NCBI GenBank assembly: GCA_951406725.2
Contig: OX597818.1
Location: 28,024,001 to 28,088,000 of the forward strand
Reading direction: 5' to 3'
DNA length: 64,000 bases
From: Octopus vulgaris
Taxonomy: Eukaryota
Shown here piece by piece: positions 35,571-48,967 of this stretch. The number at the start of each line of letters is the position of its first letter. Positions within the stretch are counted from its first letter, which is position 1. The notes under the pieces were generated by a model that was given only the letters and a program-made list of their open reading frames with translations, did not search any database and had not been told where the DNA came from. A program made the translations under genes and the position numbers.

Positions 35571-36167
35571 CTTGCTCTTCATAATCTCACCATGATAATA
35601 CTTATTGTTCAGTGGATTCCTGTTTTTACAAGGACAAGTTCCTATGATTAATGTTAAGTTATTTTCTACATTGTAGTATTTTGCATCATGGACTTCATGC
35701 TCCTTATTTGTAGAAAGTGTTCCTGTCAGTATTTATTCTTTTATTTGTAGATAATGGAATTCAATCTGATACATTTGAAATACTTGTTAATTATGCAATG
35801 CTCCTATTGTAAGTAACATTATGTTTCTGATATAAACACTTTTTTGGGAGTAGGGGGATTTTTAATTACCATAAATTTAATCATAAAGGAATTTAATCGT
35901 AGAATTTAATCATATCTGTTGTTTAACCCTAAGGCTAGCATTGATCAAGCAGAATTATGTTTAAAGGCATTGCCTATGCAGGTATCACATATTGTTGTCC
36001 AGCTTAATTTTTCCATTGCTAAGATGGTAAGCTGTGATTTGAGGTGAATTTGGCTACTATTTCTAGCAGGCTGATTTGAACCAGTCTGTCTACATCTATT
36101 ATCATAGCTACTCTATGTCAGCACAGATATGACTGTGGGATTAGAAGTTAAGTGCAGGCAGGTATGC

Positions 36168-36330
36168 CTAGGTGTAAGAGCAGCTGTGTGGTAAGGAGCT
36201 TGCTTCTCAACCACATGATTCTGGGTTCAGTCACACTGCATAAAACCTTGGGCAAGTGTCTTCCACTACAGCCCCAGAACAATGCCTTTTGAGTGGCTCT
36301 TGTAGATGGACACAATATGAAAGTCCATTG
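36168..36330 (+). mobile_element. tRNA-derived SINE head
   Basis: agctgtgtggtaaggagcttgc..gggttcagtc..ccttgggcaagtgtctt. Confidence 0.8.
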
Positions 36331-36370
36331 TATGTGTACATACATACATACAAACATATATACATGGGTA

Positions 36371-36404
<34 letters not shown>

Positions 36405-36459
36405 AGTGTGTGTGTATGTGTAAGTGTGTAAGTGTTTGTGTGGGGGGGCACAGCATGGG

Positions 36460-39400
36460 AGCTTTTATGTGACACCACATGGGTGCTTTTACATGACACT
36501 GCCATGAGGAACTGGTCTTAACATTTCTGCTGTGGAGTATGGGTCTTCTTGAGTACAGCAAGGCACTAGGCATCTTGGTCCTTTGCCATCTTGCCTGAAA
36601 GGTTCAGCATCCTGAGGTTGTTCTTCAGTGTTTCATCCCATGTCTTCCTGGGTTTTCCACTTCCACATATTCTATCTTCTTTGAAAGATCAGCACTTCTT
36701 TATGGAGCTGTCAGCATCCATCTACAGCATGACCAAACCAGTGCAGTCTTCTCTCTTGCACACAGCAACTAATTCCTCTTATTCCTAACTTCTCTCTCTC
36801 AATACACTAGCACTCTGTCATACATGTACACTTACATTGCACATCCAATGGAGCATACTAACCTCATTCCTTTCTAATCTTTGCATGTCTCCTGCATTCA
36901 GGGTCCATGTCTCACTACCATGTGTAATTACCCGTCTGTATACATGCATCATACAATCTTCCCTTTACTTGGAGAGAGAAAACTTGTGGCCAACAAAGGT
37001 AACAGCTCTCTGAATTTCCTCTTGTTCTATTCTTATTCTAGCTATCACATTCTCTGTGCATTCTCCCCCACTACTAATTTGGTCCTCTAGGTAGCAGAAA
37101 TTACCTGCTACCTCTAATGAGCCACCAGGGCCTTTGAGAGAATCAATTTCCAGAGCTTTTATGGATTATGTGCATCTATCACATGTGAAAACTATCTTCT
37201 CTGATAACCTTCCTATTAATCCACTGCACCTCTTGTGTATCTATAGCTAACACTGAGCACACTATATGGAGTTACTGTCTACACCTTTCCTACAAATCGA
37301 ATAGGGCCACTTACCTGAGTTAGGTAGAGTCTTGTTAGATTTCTTGCTTACTAAGACCTTAGCTTTTGCTAAGTTAACTTTAATGACCTTAGATTTCAGG
37401 ATTTACTTTCACAGCTGGTTTTTCTCATCTAGCTCTGATATGGAACCTATTATGAGGGTAAGATCATCAGCATGTGGTAGTTCCCAAGAGCTGCTGGTCT
37501 TGAATTCTTCTGTTATGGCCTGGAAGAAAATATTGAGAAAGAGGGGACTAAGTACTCAGCCATGATGAACTCCTGCCTGTACGCCAAATTCTTCACTGTA
37601 CTCTTGGTTAATTCTCATCTTATTGACATTATCTTTGTTCATGGCCCATACAGCTTTCACCAGTCCATCCCTGGCCTCCTTCTCAGACCCCACCACATCA
37701 TGCTGCATTGAAGGGTTTCTCTAGATCAATGAATGCCAAGTATAATGGCTTATTTTTAGCTACTGACAATTAAAGTAGTGTCAGTAGTGTTTCTTCCCCA
37801 GACAAAGTCAAATTACATTTCATCTAGCTTCATTCTGCTCCTAATTAAATGGGCTATAACTCTCTCCATAATCTTCATCAACTGATCCAAGAGTTTGATG
37901 CCTCTGTAATTGCTTCTATTTAAAGCATTACCCATACCAACAATTATGCTGCTATGTCAATCACTGGGTATTACACCTTCCTGAATGACCTGATTAACTA
38001 TGCATGGGAGTAGCCCATACCTTACTGGATATTTTGAGCATATCATCTGGGATTCTGGATGGACCAGGGGCTTTCCCAGAGTTCATGTTTTTTAATTGCT
38101 TTATCTACCATACTGCTGTCTACTAGGATAGCCAGTCCCTCTTTTGGGTTTACCCAAGGAAGATTCCCTTTATCCCATTCAGTACCTACATTCAAAATTT
38201 CACAGTAACTTTTTCATATTACTCTTTCTTGGCCATACCACTAAGTGTAAGCATACCATTATCCATCTACATGCACTTCTCTCCTACATTTTCTCACAGA
38301 CATACTGTCTAGCAATCAGGAACACTTCAAGTTTCTAATCTTCATACTGTAGGACACTGGTACACCTCTTCTATTTTGCTTCTACTCTCTCTTTTAGCCT
38401 TCTGCTATGATTCTTTACTACCACACCCCTCTTTTCCACTCTTCCCAGACCTGTCTCTTCTCTTTTACGACCCAGTCAACATCATTGTTCACTCTTGGTC
38501 TGGCAGTGGCTTTGCTTCAATCAAAAATTTGTTGGTCTGTTTCTCTTAGTAGATTGTCCTGTAGGAACTTCCAGTTGTTCTCTATGTCATATGCCTCTAT
38601 CACTCTCTCCTTCTCATCATAGGCCTCCTTGAGGACATCTCTAAATCTCTGTCCATTTGAAGGATCCTTGAGATTCCACAACCTCCTTTTCCATATTGGC
38701 TTGTCTGGATTTTTCTGGTTGTAAGTCTGAAGTCACTAACCACTAACTTAGGCTGAGTTGTACATTCTTCCCCTGGGAAATATTTTGTATGCATCTATCC
38801 CTGAGTCTGGTGAGAATGTAGTCAGTCTGGTTGGTATGTCCTCCAAATTGATAAGTGATCAAGTGGCAGGTTTCTGAAGTTGGTGTTGCAAACCAGTGAG
38901 CCATGAGCATAACAAAATTTCAGCAGCCTTGTCCCCGCCTCATTTCTGGAGCCAATGCCATAGCTGTCATGCACACCCTGAAATCCATCAGACTATTTTC
39001 CAGCATGTCCATTGAAGTCCCTTGCCATGATGCAAATGTTGGCGTCTTTCATTGTCCAGGTAACCCTCAGAAGAGCTAGTCCTCAGAAGAGATTCACAGA
39101 GGTGGTACTTCTGAGTATCTGTGAATCTAGTGTGGGGAGCATATGCATAGATAACTGACACAGCTACATCAAACAAGGCTATTCTTAGATTAATAATCCT
39201 ATCACAAACCCTAACTACATCAATCACCTTATCCACCAATTTCTCTGCTAGTAGAATATCTATGCTACCTAGGCCTTCATTGTTGTCTACTCAGAAAAAT
39301 TTGTATCTATGCCTTTTGCTTGTAAGCAGTGTAGCTGAGGCTCCTTCCATCGTATCTCTTGGACTCAGCAAACATCTACATGACTCTGCTCAAGCATCTC

Positions 39401-39480
39401 AACTATCTCTCCGAACCTACATTTCATAGTGCCAACATTGACTGTGCCAGTTCTGAGCTTGTAGAACTGGAAAGAAGATA
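36460..39480 (-). mobile_element. Near full-length but heavily decayed RTE LINE
   Basis: Ordered remnants: TVNVGTM (~39430), VSVIYAYAP, QTDYIL, KLVVSDF, APGPSRI, GVHHG.VLSPL, CYLEDQIS, 3' UTR subrepeats. Confidence 0.85.
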
Positions 39481-39997
39481 GGGGGATATAGTGAGTCCAT
39501 TGCTATCATATGACAATGTTCCACCACTAAGTTTGACGAACTAAATATGACAAAATGTCCCACCACTAAGTTTTAAGATCTAAGCTGAAATGAATTTATC
39601 AGTAGAGAAGTATTTGAAATATGAAATACCTATATGTTCCCAGGGGAGAGAGAAAGAGAGATAATTTAGGCTTGGCATTATTCGCCTATTAAATTGATAG
39701 ATAGATAGACAGAGAGGCGGACGGGCGCATGGACGGACAGATGGATGGGAACGTGATGCACAATTTGGTAATGAGAACCGAAGGAAATTTTAAACAATTA
39801 AACAATCACATAATTAGGGACTGCAAAGACAGAAGATAAAAATAGGGGAAAAATAGAAAACGCAGAATATGATAGATAAATGAAGAAAATGAGTGTATTG
39901 ATCCAATTTCTTGTTTGGGCTAGCAACAACTAACAACTGAAAATCATGTTTGCATGAATTACGTACAATGGCAGACAAGATTTCATGTGAGTAAAAG

Positions 39998-40049
<52 letters not shown>

Positions 40050-40051
<2 letters not shown>

Positions 40052-40245
40052 GAATCCAAACAAAGAACAAAAAGAAAAACAATAACACGATGATGTGGTA
40101 CACATCCTGTGTTATCAGACGCTCAGGAAAGGAAAGAAAGGGGATTTTACGTTTTGAGCAACGCTCTTCGTCAGAAATATAGGAAAGGCCAAAAAAGGGA
40201 AGACGGAAAGAGAAAATTGCCAACGATACACTCATGGTCACATTT
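40050..40245 (-). mobile_element. Penelope-associated short repeat with near-intact minimal hammerhead (40144-40178)
   Basis: Minus strand reads attt-CTGACGA-a-gagc-gtt-gctc-aAAAC-GTA-aaat. Confidence 0.6.
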
Positions 40246-40314
40246 TAAAATGACCCGAAAGGAATGGGTGAAGAAAAAGTTCTTTCTAGGACAGGAGAGT
40301 GCAAGAGAAGGAAA

Positions 40315-41450
40315 TATGTGTGTGTATGTGTGAGTATGTGCGTGCGTGCAGGTCTCTGTGTGTGTGTGCGTGCAATAATAGCACGTGTGGTTTTGGCTGT
40401 TTATATGTGTGTGTGAGTGGACTTTGTGTCGCTTAATGTCGTAGGAAGAATTTATAGTAAGAATTTTTGGTAGGAGTGGCTGTCTTATGTGTGTCTTCCT
40501 TCACATGTGCATAGGAGAATGGTCAGTGAAAAGGTGTATAACTGGTAGTTTGAAGTATGTGTATGTGCGTGTATGTATATGTTGTGTGTGAGTGTATTTT
40601 GTGTGTAGTTTGGACCTGTGTCTGTGTGTGAGTGTATGTATGTGTGTGTATGCGTTTGTTTGTGTGTGGGGTTGTAGCTGTGAAGTAAATGTGCGTTACT
40701 GTGTGTGCGTGTGTATGCGTATGTGCGTGTAGTTGTGAGTGCATTTATGTGTGCGTATGTGTGTAAGTAGGTGTTGGGAGTTGTGAGTGTTAGATTTGTG
40801 TGCATTCGTATGTATGCGCGCGCATTGGTGTGTGTGTGTTTGTGCGTGTATATGTGTGTGCGGATGTGTATGTGCGTGTATGTACATATTGTGTATGCGC
40901 GTGTGTTTATGTATATGTGTGTGTATCTGAGTTCGTGTGTGTGGTTGTGTGTGGGGTTATGTGCGGGGGTATATGTGCGTTCCTGTATGTGTGAGTGAGT
41001 GTGCTTACGCGCGTGTTTGCGTGTATGTGCGTGTGTTTATGCCCATGTGTGTGTAATTGTGTGCGTGTCTGCATGAGTGTGTGTTGTGTGTATTCATGTG
41101 CGTGTATATGTGTGTGTGCGTTTGTGTACGTGTGTGTGTGCGCGTGTTGTGTGTCGTGTGTGTGTGGGGTATATGTGAGGTATATGTGCATGGATATGTG
41201 TGCGTGGGTGCATGTGTGTGTATGTAAGCGTGTATGTATGCGTGTATGTGTGTGCATGTGTGCTTGTATGCATGTGTATGCATGTGTTTGTGCGTGTTTG
41301 TGCGTGTGTGGATGTATGCGTATGTGCATGTATGTGTTGTATGTGTATGGTGTGTGTGGGAGGTATATGTGCGTTCATGTGTGTGCGCGGGTGCGTGTAT
41401 TTTTTCATGTGTGTATATATGTACATGTGTGTGTATGTGTGCGTGTATAT
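40315..41450. repeat. Long degenerate (GT)n/(GC)/(AT) purine-pyrimidine alternating tract
   Basis: Directly visible. Confidence 0.9.
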
Positions 41451-41905
41451 AGAAATAAAATAAAATATAAATTATAATAAAATAAAGTTGATAGGGGATA
41501 AAGAAGAAGTTAATACAATATAAAATAAGCCAAGGGGTATGAAGTGATGAAGCAACGGCTAAGAAAACAGAGTCGGCTAGAGTGGCGAGTTTTTTGGGGC
41601 TTTTTAAGCTAGTGAGAGAGTTTTTGCGGGTTGCAAACATTGGGCGGGGGAGGAAAGAAAACGGCAAAGAAGGGATTGAAGGTACTGGAGGAAGGAGTGG
41701 GGATCAGGCATGGTTAGAGGTTGTGAATGTCGGTGTAGGTGTTATTGGTGGCAACAAAAAGGGAAAGAGAAAGTGAAGGAGAGTAGAAGTAGAACAGAAG
41801 ATAGGTAGAAGGAGGACAAGATAAAGTAGAAGAGTCACGGACAAATTGTAATGATACCTAATCAAGGTGCAGAAATGTAATCCGAATGAACAGTATTCCG
41901 AAGGT

Positions 41906-41936
<31 letters not shown>

Positions 41937-41938
<2 letters not shown>

Positions 41939-42054
41939 CGTGAAGTATATGTGCTACCTAAATGTGGTTGACCCATAGGGGACGATGCTACTGTTGTTTA
42001 TAGCATTGTCTCCTATGACTCAGCCACATTTAGGTGGCAAATATACTTCACGAT
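41937..42054. repeat. 118-nt fold-back element (54-bp arms, 10-nt loop)
   Basis: atcgtgaagtatatgtgctacctaaatgtggttgacccataggggacgatgcta / tagcattgtctcctatgactcagccacatttaggtggcaaatatacttcacgat. Confidence 0.9.
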
Positions 42055-42180
42055 TTTGTGCTGCTACTGTTTACATCTCGCTCAGCGATTTATTATCGCT
42101 GTGTGTGTGTGTGTGTGTATGGATGTATGTCTGTGTATGTATGTGTGAATGTATATATATTGTATATATGTGTGTGCGCG

Positions 42181-42224
<44 letters not shown>

Positions 42225-42226
<2 letters not shown>

Positions 42227-42870
42227 GCTACTAGAATAAGAACAGGCTGGGCGGAGTTCAGAGTGTTCCTGCCTTTGCTAGTAACCAAAGGCCTCTCTCT
42301 CAGAGTGAACGAAAGAATATATTATGCCTGTGTGCGAACAGCCATGCTACACGGCAGTGAAACATGGGCTGTGGCTGCCGAGGACATGAGCAGGCTTGTA
42401 AGAAATGAAGTTAGTATGCTTCACAGGATCTGTAATGTCAATGTGCATGTACGACAAAGTGTAAGCGTCTTGAGATAAAAGCTGGGTATAAGAGGCATTA
42501 GATGTGGTGTGCAAGAGAGGCGACTGCGCTGGTATGGTCATGTGATGTGGATGGATGAGGACAGTTGTGTGAAGAAGTGCCACGCTCTGGTGGTGGAGGG
42601 AACTTCTGGAAGAGGTAGACCCAGGAAGACACGGGACGAGGTTGTGAAGCCTGCTCTTCAAATGTTGAGCCTCATGGAAGCAATGACAAGTGACCATGAC
42701 CTTTGGCGATATACTGTGCTTGAGAAGGAAGGCCGAACTGAGTGAGTTCCAAGGCATGGCCAATGCCAGTGTCTTGTAACTGGCATGTAACGTAAAATCA
42801 CTCCTTAAACGTTGGGTGATATGCTGTGCTTGAGAAGACCTGTCAAGCCAAGTGTGATCGTAGCTGAAGG
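42225..42870 (+). mobile_element. RTE LINE 3' fragment
   Basis: RIRTGWAEFR..LLVTKGLSL..AMLHGSETW; QERRLRWYGHV..GRGRPRKT. Confidence 0.9.
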
Positions 42871-44875
42871 CAATTCATCAAAGAGCGATTTTCTCAAACA
42901 ACTATTTCTTTCTCACCTACCCACTAACGTCCAAGCCATCCTCGCACCCATGTGCGACATCAGTACTGGTGAACAACTGGCGACATCAGCCGATAAAATA
43001 ATGGAGATAACCACTCCAACATTACCTTCTCCTTCTCCTTCCATTACCATAATGGCTATAGCATCCCAGTTCCAGGATTTTTGACACACCACGAAAAAAC
43101 AATCGAAGACCTGGTAGTGGAAGTTCGCAACCTCCGTTTGGAAAGGAATACAGCTTCACGTGCTAGACACTGAACCCGCTCTAGATCTCTATCTAGACAT
43201 TGGTGCGTCGGCAATAAGGGATCGATACGTTATCACCATACCTATTTCGGTGCCAAGGTAAGGAATTGCACATGACCTTGCTCATATAATATCCAAGAAA
43301 ACACCTGATCGGAGCAGTAATGGCTACTGTTTCCGGTATCACTCCACCAAGTCGTGCAATTTTTACCAAGGTTGAAATTTTACAGAACTTCCTGATTGAC
43401 TCAGGTGCTGCCTGTAGTATCTGGCCAGCCAAATATATGCACAGAAAACCTTATCCTTCAGCCACTACCTTGCAAGCAGTCAACCATTCGCTCATCACCA
43501 CATATGGTGAAATTTCTCTCACCTTGAATATACGACTCAGACGATGATTCCAGTTGGTTTTTCTAGTTGCCGATCTGCTGTACCCGATACCTGGGAGCAG
43601 ATTTTCTCCCCCATTTTCTTTGCTGGTCAATCTGAAGAACAGACAACTTATCGACAGTAAGACGCAACTCAGTATACATGGCACTGACTGATTTGTTTCC
43701 ACAGTCAGCCCGTTTTTCTTTGTCGCTGCCGCTGCCAACAAATACCACACATTGTTGAAGTCTTTCCCGGAGTTATCGAAGCCATTGTCCTATGGAAAGG
43801 ATAATTCATACTCCGTAGAACACCATATTTTGACCATGGGCCCTCCTGTCTTTTCTCCTCCGAGACGTTTGTCAGAAGAGGAACTTAAAGCCCTAAAAGC
43901 AGAATTCGAACACGTTACAGCTTGGAATTGTACGTCCTTCTTCCAGTAGCTGGGTTTCTCCATTACTCATGGTCCCCAAGAAATCATCCCCTGACTTGAG
44001 ACCTTGCGGAGACTACAGATGACCTGATGCCCTCACAGTACCAGACCGGTGTCCCATTCCACACTTTCAGGATTTCACAGCTTTGTTACATGGCTGTACT
44101 ATTTTTTTGAAGATAGATCTTATCTGTGCATACTACCAAATAACCATCCACCCTACCAACGTTCCAAAAACTGCTGTAACCACTCCCTTTGGAGATTTCG
44201 AGTATTTAACAATGCCATTTGATTATGTAACGCTGCGAGCTCCTTCTAACGCTTCATAGACGAAGTCATCCATGATCTCCGTTTTGTGTATACCTACATT
44301 GACGATCTCCTCATTGCCAGTTCATCTGAAGAAGAACATGAACGTCATTTACAGCAATTATTTGGATTAACGTTACGTAGTGTGTTTTCAGAGCTTCCTC
44401 TCTTACCTTCCTGGGACACACCATCGACAAGGACGAAATCAGGCCTTTAGCTGAAAAAGTTGAAGCAGTCAAAAAGATTCCTGTACCTACTTCACTGTGT
44501 CAACTCTCAACTCCGTCATTTTCTAGGCCTTGTAAATTTTTACCGATGGTTTATTCTTAAATGTTTGCAAATATTGGCACCCTTTACAGATATGTTGCAG
44601 AACAGAAAGAAAGCAAATGAACTTGTCTCATTCATTCCTATCCAGATCAAAGCCCTTTAGGATATCAAACAGAGTTTATCACATGTCTCCATGCTGACAT
44701 ATCAGTCTCCTGATGCAATGCTGTCGTCAGTAGATGCTTCGGACCTTGGTGTTGGTTTTGTGTGACACCAACAGTGTAGTTCTGAATGGAAACCTCTTGT
44801 GTTTTCTTTTTCAAAATGGTTCAAACTAGACCAAATCCGTTACTGTCAGTCATGAACTGCTCGCCATCTACCCCA
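42871..44875 (+). mobile_element. Ty3/Gypsy gag-pol remnant (gag, protease, RT, start of RNase H)
   Basis: FLKQLFLSHLP, FLIDSGAACS, DLRPCGDYR, KIDLICAYYQI, KTAVTTPFG, YTYIDDLLIAS, FLGLVNFYR, DASDLGVG; many stops. Confidence 0.9.
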
Positions 44876-44880
44876 TAGGC

Positions 44881-45066
44881 TGAAGTAAGACAATTTACAA
44901 AGACGGGTGTGACCTTATGATAGGCTTTATCTAATATTCAATACAGCATGCTTCACAGTGTGATTTGCAATAGAAGCAGACAAAATGGCAAGAGTTAATC
45001 TTTAGCAATGACACAGCTAATGAGGGCAAACTTTAGATACAAGCGCAAATCATGCTATTTATGGCA
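44881..45066 (-). repeat. Putative 3' LTR of the second Gypsy element
   Basis: Minus strand: purine tract agggggtgaa directly before TG (45066), ending CA (44881), downstream of integrase. Confidence 0.55.
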
Positions 45067-45155
45067 TTCACCCCCTATGTGGAAGAGAACGGATCATGCA
45101 TAAAAGGAAGAAACATTTTACAACACAAGTTTGTTTAAACAGTTTTGTTGTTTAT

Positions 45156-47665
45156 TCAGGGATGTGAAGGTTTCTCAACCTTCAGAACAATAGGACTATT
45201 TAGGGTCTCGTCTTCTCTATTACGCAATTTGTAAGGTCTGGTTCTGATAAAGGAAGTGTGGGGACGGTGTGATGGCGAATTAGTAGAATGACTAGGATTA
45301 GTATTGGAATTAGGGGATACATTTTGGTTAGTACTATAGTCAACAGAAGGCTTCACATCATGTGCTTTGTCAGGTAGCGCACATGTCTTGGGTTTGATCC
45401 ACAGCTCCCTCCACAAGAGGAGAATGTTCATATTATTCACAAATGTTAATATGCCTTGCTTGAAGAGCACTCATATCTTTCAGCAGGTTCAGCAGGTCCG
45501 GGGGCTGCTGCAAGATAGGGGCTGTCTCTTGAACACAGAGGTCTGCTGCGTCCTTTCCTTTGGGTGGAGCCAGCTGACTTAGAGAGACACTGTAGTTTCT
45601 CTCCCATCCTGCAGTTTAACATGAGCATAGAGTGGATTGCAGTCCAGTAACTTCACTTCACCCACTAGCGGTTCATATTTGGAAGTTCTCACATTTCGTC
45701 TCATCAAAACAGGATCTGGTGATAGAAGCCAACTGGGAAGAGTTGTACCAGTTGTAAATTTAAGGTTATATTGGAAAAGTCTTTTATGAGGTGTTTCATT
45801 GGTCGCTGTACACAGGAGAGACCTGACTGCATGCAGAGGATCTTGCAGAAGCAATTCCCATTGAGTGATTGCCAATCCTTTTGTCCTCAGAGCCAGTGTC
45901 ACAGTTTTCCACTGAGTTCCATTGAGTTCCATTGAGTGCCATTGAGGCGTTCAACCTGACCATTTCCTCAGGGGTTAAATACCGTAGTTCTCCTCGAAGC
46001 ATTTCCCTTACTATGTAAAAACCCTTTTCAGTTCATTAGACATAAGACTTGTCACCCTGTCAGAATGAATGTGGGAGGGCATGCCATAGAGAGACAAAAA
46101 TTTACAAAAAAATTTTTTGAGAGTTGAAGCACTCATGTCGAGACAAGAGAAAGCAAAAGGGGAGCAAGAGTAGTCATCAATGGCAATAAGAAGATACTTC
46201 TTGTAGGAATTAGAAAGCAAAGGTCCTTTAAAGTCAACACTGAGTCTTTCAAAAGGTTGTGTTGCTTTAATCAAATGGGGGTCATAATGTTGGTAGAAAG
46301 AAGGTTTGAGTTTACGACAGACGTTTCAGCTTGCAGTCATTTGCATCACTTCTTCAGTGGAGAAAGTTAAGTTTTTAGATTTTACAAAGTGAAACATTCA
46401 AGAGATTCCTGGATGACAAAGAGAGGAATGGATTTCTTTAAGTATGTCAGAACTACCCGAGGAGAAAGCAGAGCAGAAAGCATGAGATAGTTCGTCAACT
46501 GCAAGATTTTTATTTCCAGGACTGTAGACATCGTAACCAGCAAGACAGTTCAATACACCAGCGCTGTAGTTTATCATTCTTGATTTTGCTCGTCTGGGCA
46601 TTGTCAAACATGAAAGTAATACTCTTTTGGTCTTTTGATATGCTTGCCAAGAAGATAATGCTTCCATTTTCAAAGAGCTTCTATGATAGTGTAGGCCTCT
46701 TTTTCAACTGATGAATGATTCCTTTCACTTGGACTCAGTGATCTTGAGAAAAAAACAACGTGTTTTCCACATTGATTAGGAGTTGCTGCGATAGCTATGT
46801 CTGAAGAATCTGTCTCAACCACTAGGAGTAGAGTTGGTTCAATAGTCTCAACACTTGCTTTTGCGATTTCTACTTTCAGGTACTCAAAGGCATTTTTCAC
46901 TTTCACTGGTAAGGGGAATGTTTTATCTATTATTAGAGGATGAGTTTTATAAGAAAAATGCAAAATCCATGATGAGTAGTAAGAGAACATGCCAATGATC
47001 CTCTTTTGAAACTTGGAGTCATGTGGGTCAGCAAGTACCTTCAACGGTCGCAATCTCCCAGGATCAGGTTTGATGTTTCCTTTTGATACTTGAAACCTTA
47101 GTAACTTGATTTCCTTTGCACTGACAATACTCTTCTTTTCATTGAGGGTTATGTTATACTTCTGAGAACAAGTGTGTGAGATTTTTGTCATGGTCTTCTT
47201 GATTCTCTCCACAGATGGTAATATTATTCAAGTATGTAAAAGTATTCTTGATCTTCTCTTCTATAATCATGTTATCCAGGATGCATTGAAAACAGACAAC
47301 TCCATTGGTCATCCCAAAAGGAATACGTTTAAAATGGTACAAGTTGCCTCTGGCTTCGAAAGCTATAAAATGTCTCTCTTCTTCCTTGATTGGTATCTGA
47401 TGATAGGAGCTGTGGAGATCTAATGTACTGTACATTTCATACCTTGATATGCTCTCAACCATCTCATCAATTCTCGGCAATAGATAAGCATCGAGCTGAA
47501 TAAAGCGGTTAACAGTCTTACTAATCAACTACAAGTCTTTTCTTCTGTTTTTCATTTGTTGTTACCCAATGCTAACTTCTCCAGGATGGCATTGAAGGCT
47601 CAATGATATCATCACATAACAGTTTTTGTATTTTGGAGTCTGTGAACTGTTCATTATGAAAAATG
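45156..47665 (-). mobile_element. Ty3/Gypsy pol remnant (RT, RNase H, integrase)
   Basis: LDAYLLPRID, STLDLHSSYHQI, ETDSSDIAIAA, SSVEKEA, HSSLCHPG, PFERLSVDFKGP, IHSDR. Confidence 0.9.
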
Positions 47666-47689
47666 GCAAGACTTTGTTTCAATTGCATC

Positions 47690-48640
47690 AGATCTATAGT
47701 ACATATCCTTTTTGCTAGGTTGAAGGGGATATTCATTCTGGTGTGTCTGGGGTGGCATGAGCTGAATGGCAGATATTGCTTGGAGTCCGTGGGCTTATAG
47801 TATATATCTGTTTCTATTATGGTGTTAGATTTTTTAATGAGGATGTCGAGGAAGGGAAGTTGTTGATGGCTATATTCCATCATGAATTGAATGTTTACAT
47901 CAAGTCAATTGATAAGTGCTTTGAATTCTTTAAGTCTCTCTATACTTTCATGCCAAAGAATGAAACGGTCATCCAGGTATCTCTTCCAGTTATTTTCTAT
48001 GTAGAGGGAGAATGGGCTGCCGTATTTTTCTAGAACCTTACGATAAAGACTAATTTCTAGATATCCCATAACTAGGTTAGCAAAGGAGGGGGCCATTCTC
48101 GTACTCATCGCATTCCCCAATTTTTGTTGATAGAAGTTGTCTTTGAAGACGAAGTAGCTATTCTCCAAGATGAATTTTAGGCCTTCTATCACAAATTCTT
48201 TTTTGATGTGATGTGGGAGTTCAGTGGCATAATTCTCTAGCCAGAATTGAATTGCCTCTATTCCTAGGTTGTGGGGGATATTGGAATAGAGGTTGACTAC
48301 ATCGAAGGATACAAGTAGGGTGTTTTTATTTATTGTTTCAGGAAGGTAATTGAGCATATCCAGGTCATCCCTTATGTATCTTTTGACATGCTTGAGGAAT
48401 GGTTTTAAGAGGGTATCTAAAAAGTCACTGAGGCAGTGGGTTTCGCACGGACGACCTGCTATTATAGGTCTCAATTTGAGGTCATTAGGAGTAGGGACTT
48501 TGATTATTATGTCTGTGGCTATCCTGCATGCGCTACTTATTTTCTCACTTTTTTGTATCTTGGGAATTGATTGGTTTTAGTTTTGAAATTGGTTATATAG
48601 TCATATTCTTTGTCAGTGAGCCCTTCTCTATATAGGTTTA
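47690..48640 (-). mobile_element. Penelope-like element reverse transcriptase fragment
   Basis: RPIIAG, LVSFDVVNLYSNIP, YQQKLGNAM..MAPSFANL, WKRYLDD, LPFLDILI, IYYKPTDS.QYL.F.SCHP. Confidence 0.9.
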
Positions 48641-48643
48641 ACA

Positions 48644-48960
48644 TGGAGAACCTAATATACGCACTAACCTGCTCTGGGTGTCAAGAGCAATACATAGGCC
48701 AAACAAAAAGAGTCTATGTCAGAGGGTGGCTCTGCACAGATCCCAGATCAAAATTCCCCAAAACAGAAAAATAGCATTCAGCCAACACATCGACATTTGC
48801 GCCAATAATAAAAATCCAAGCTTCAGAAATGTTCCTGTCTACTAAATCATGGATGATGCAACCTGTAGCCAATGAATTAGTAAAGAGACTCTCTTTATTA
48901 CAAAATACAGACCCCTTTTGAACGCATCTACAAGAAACAACATATACACAATGGCCTTTG
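48644..48960 (+). mobile_element. Penelope GIY-YIG endonuclease fragment, opposite orientation to the adjacent RT
   Basis: gagaacctaatatacgcactaacctgctctgggtgtcaagagcaatacataggccaaaca = ENLIYALTCSGCQEQYIGQT. Confidence 0.8.
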
Positions 48961-48967
48961 AATAACA

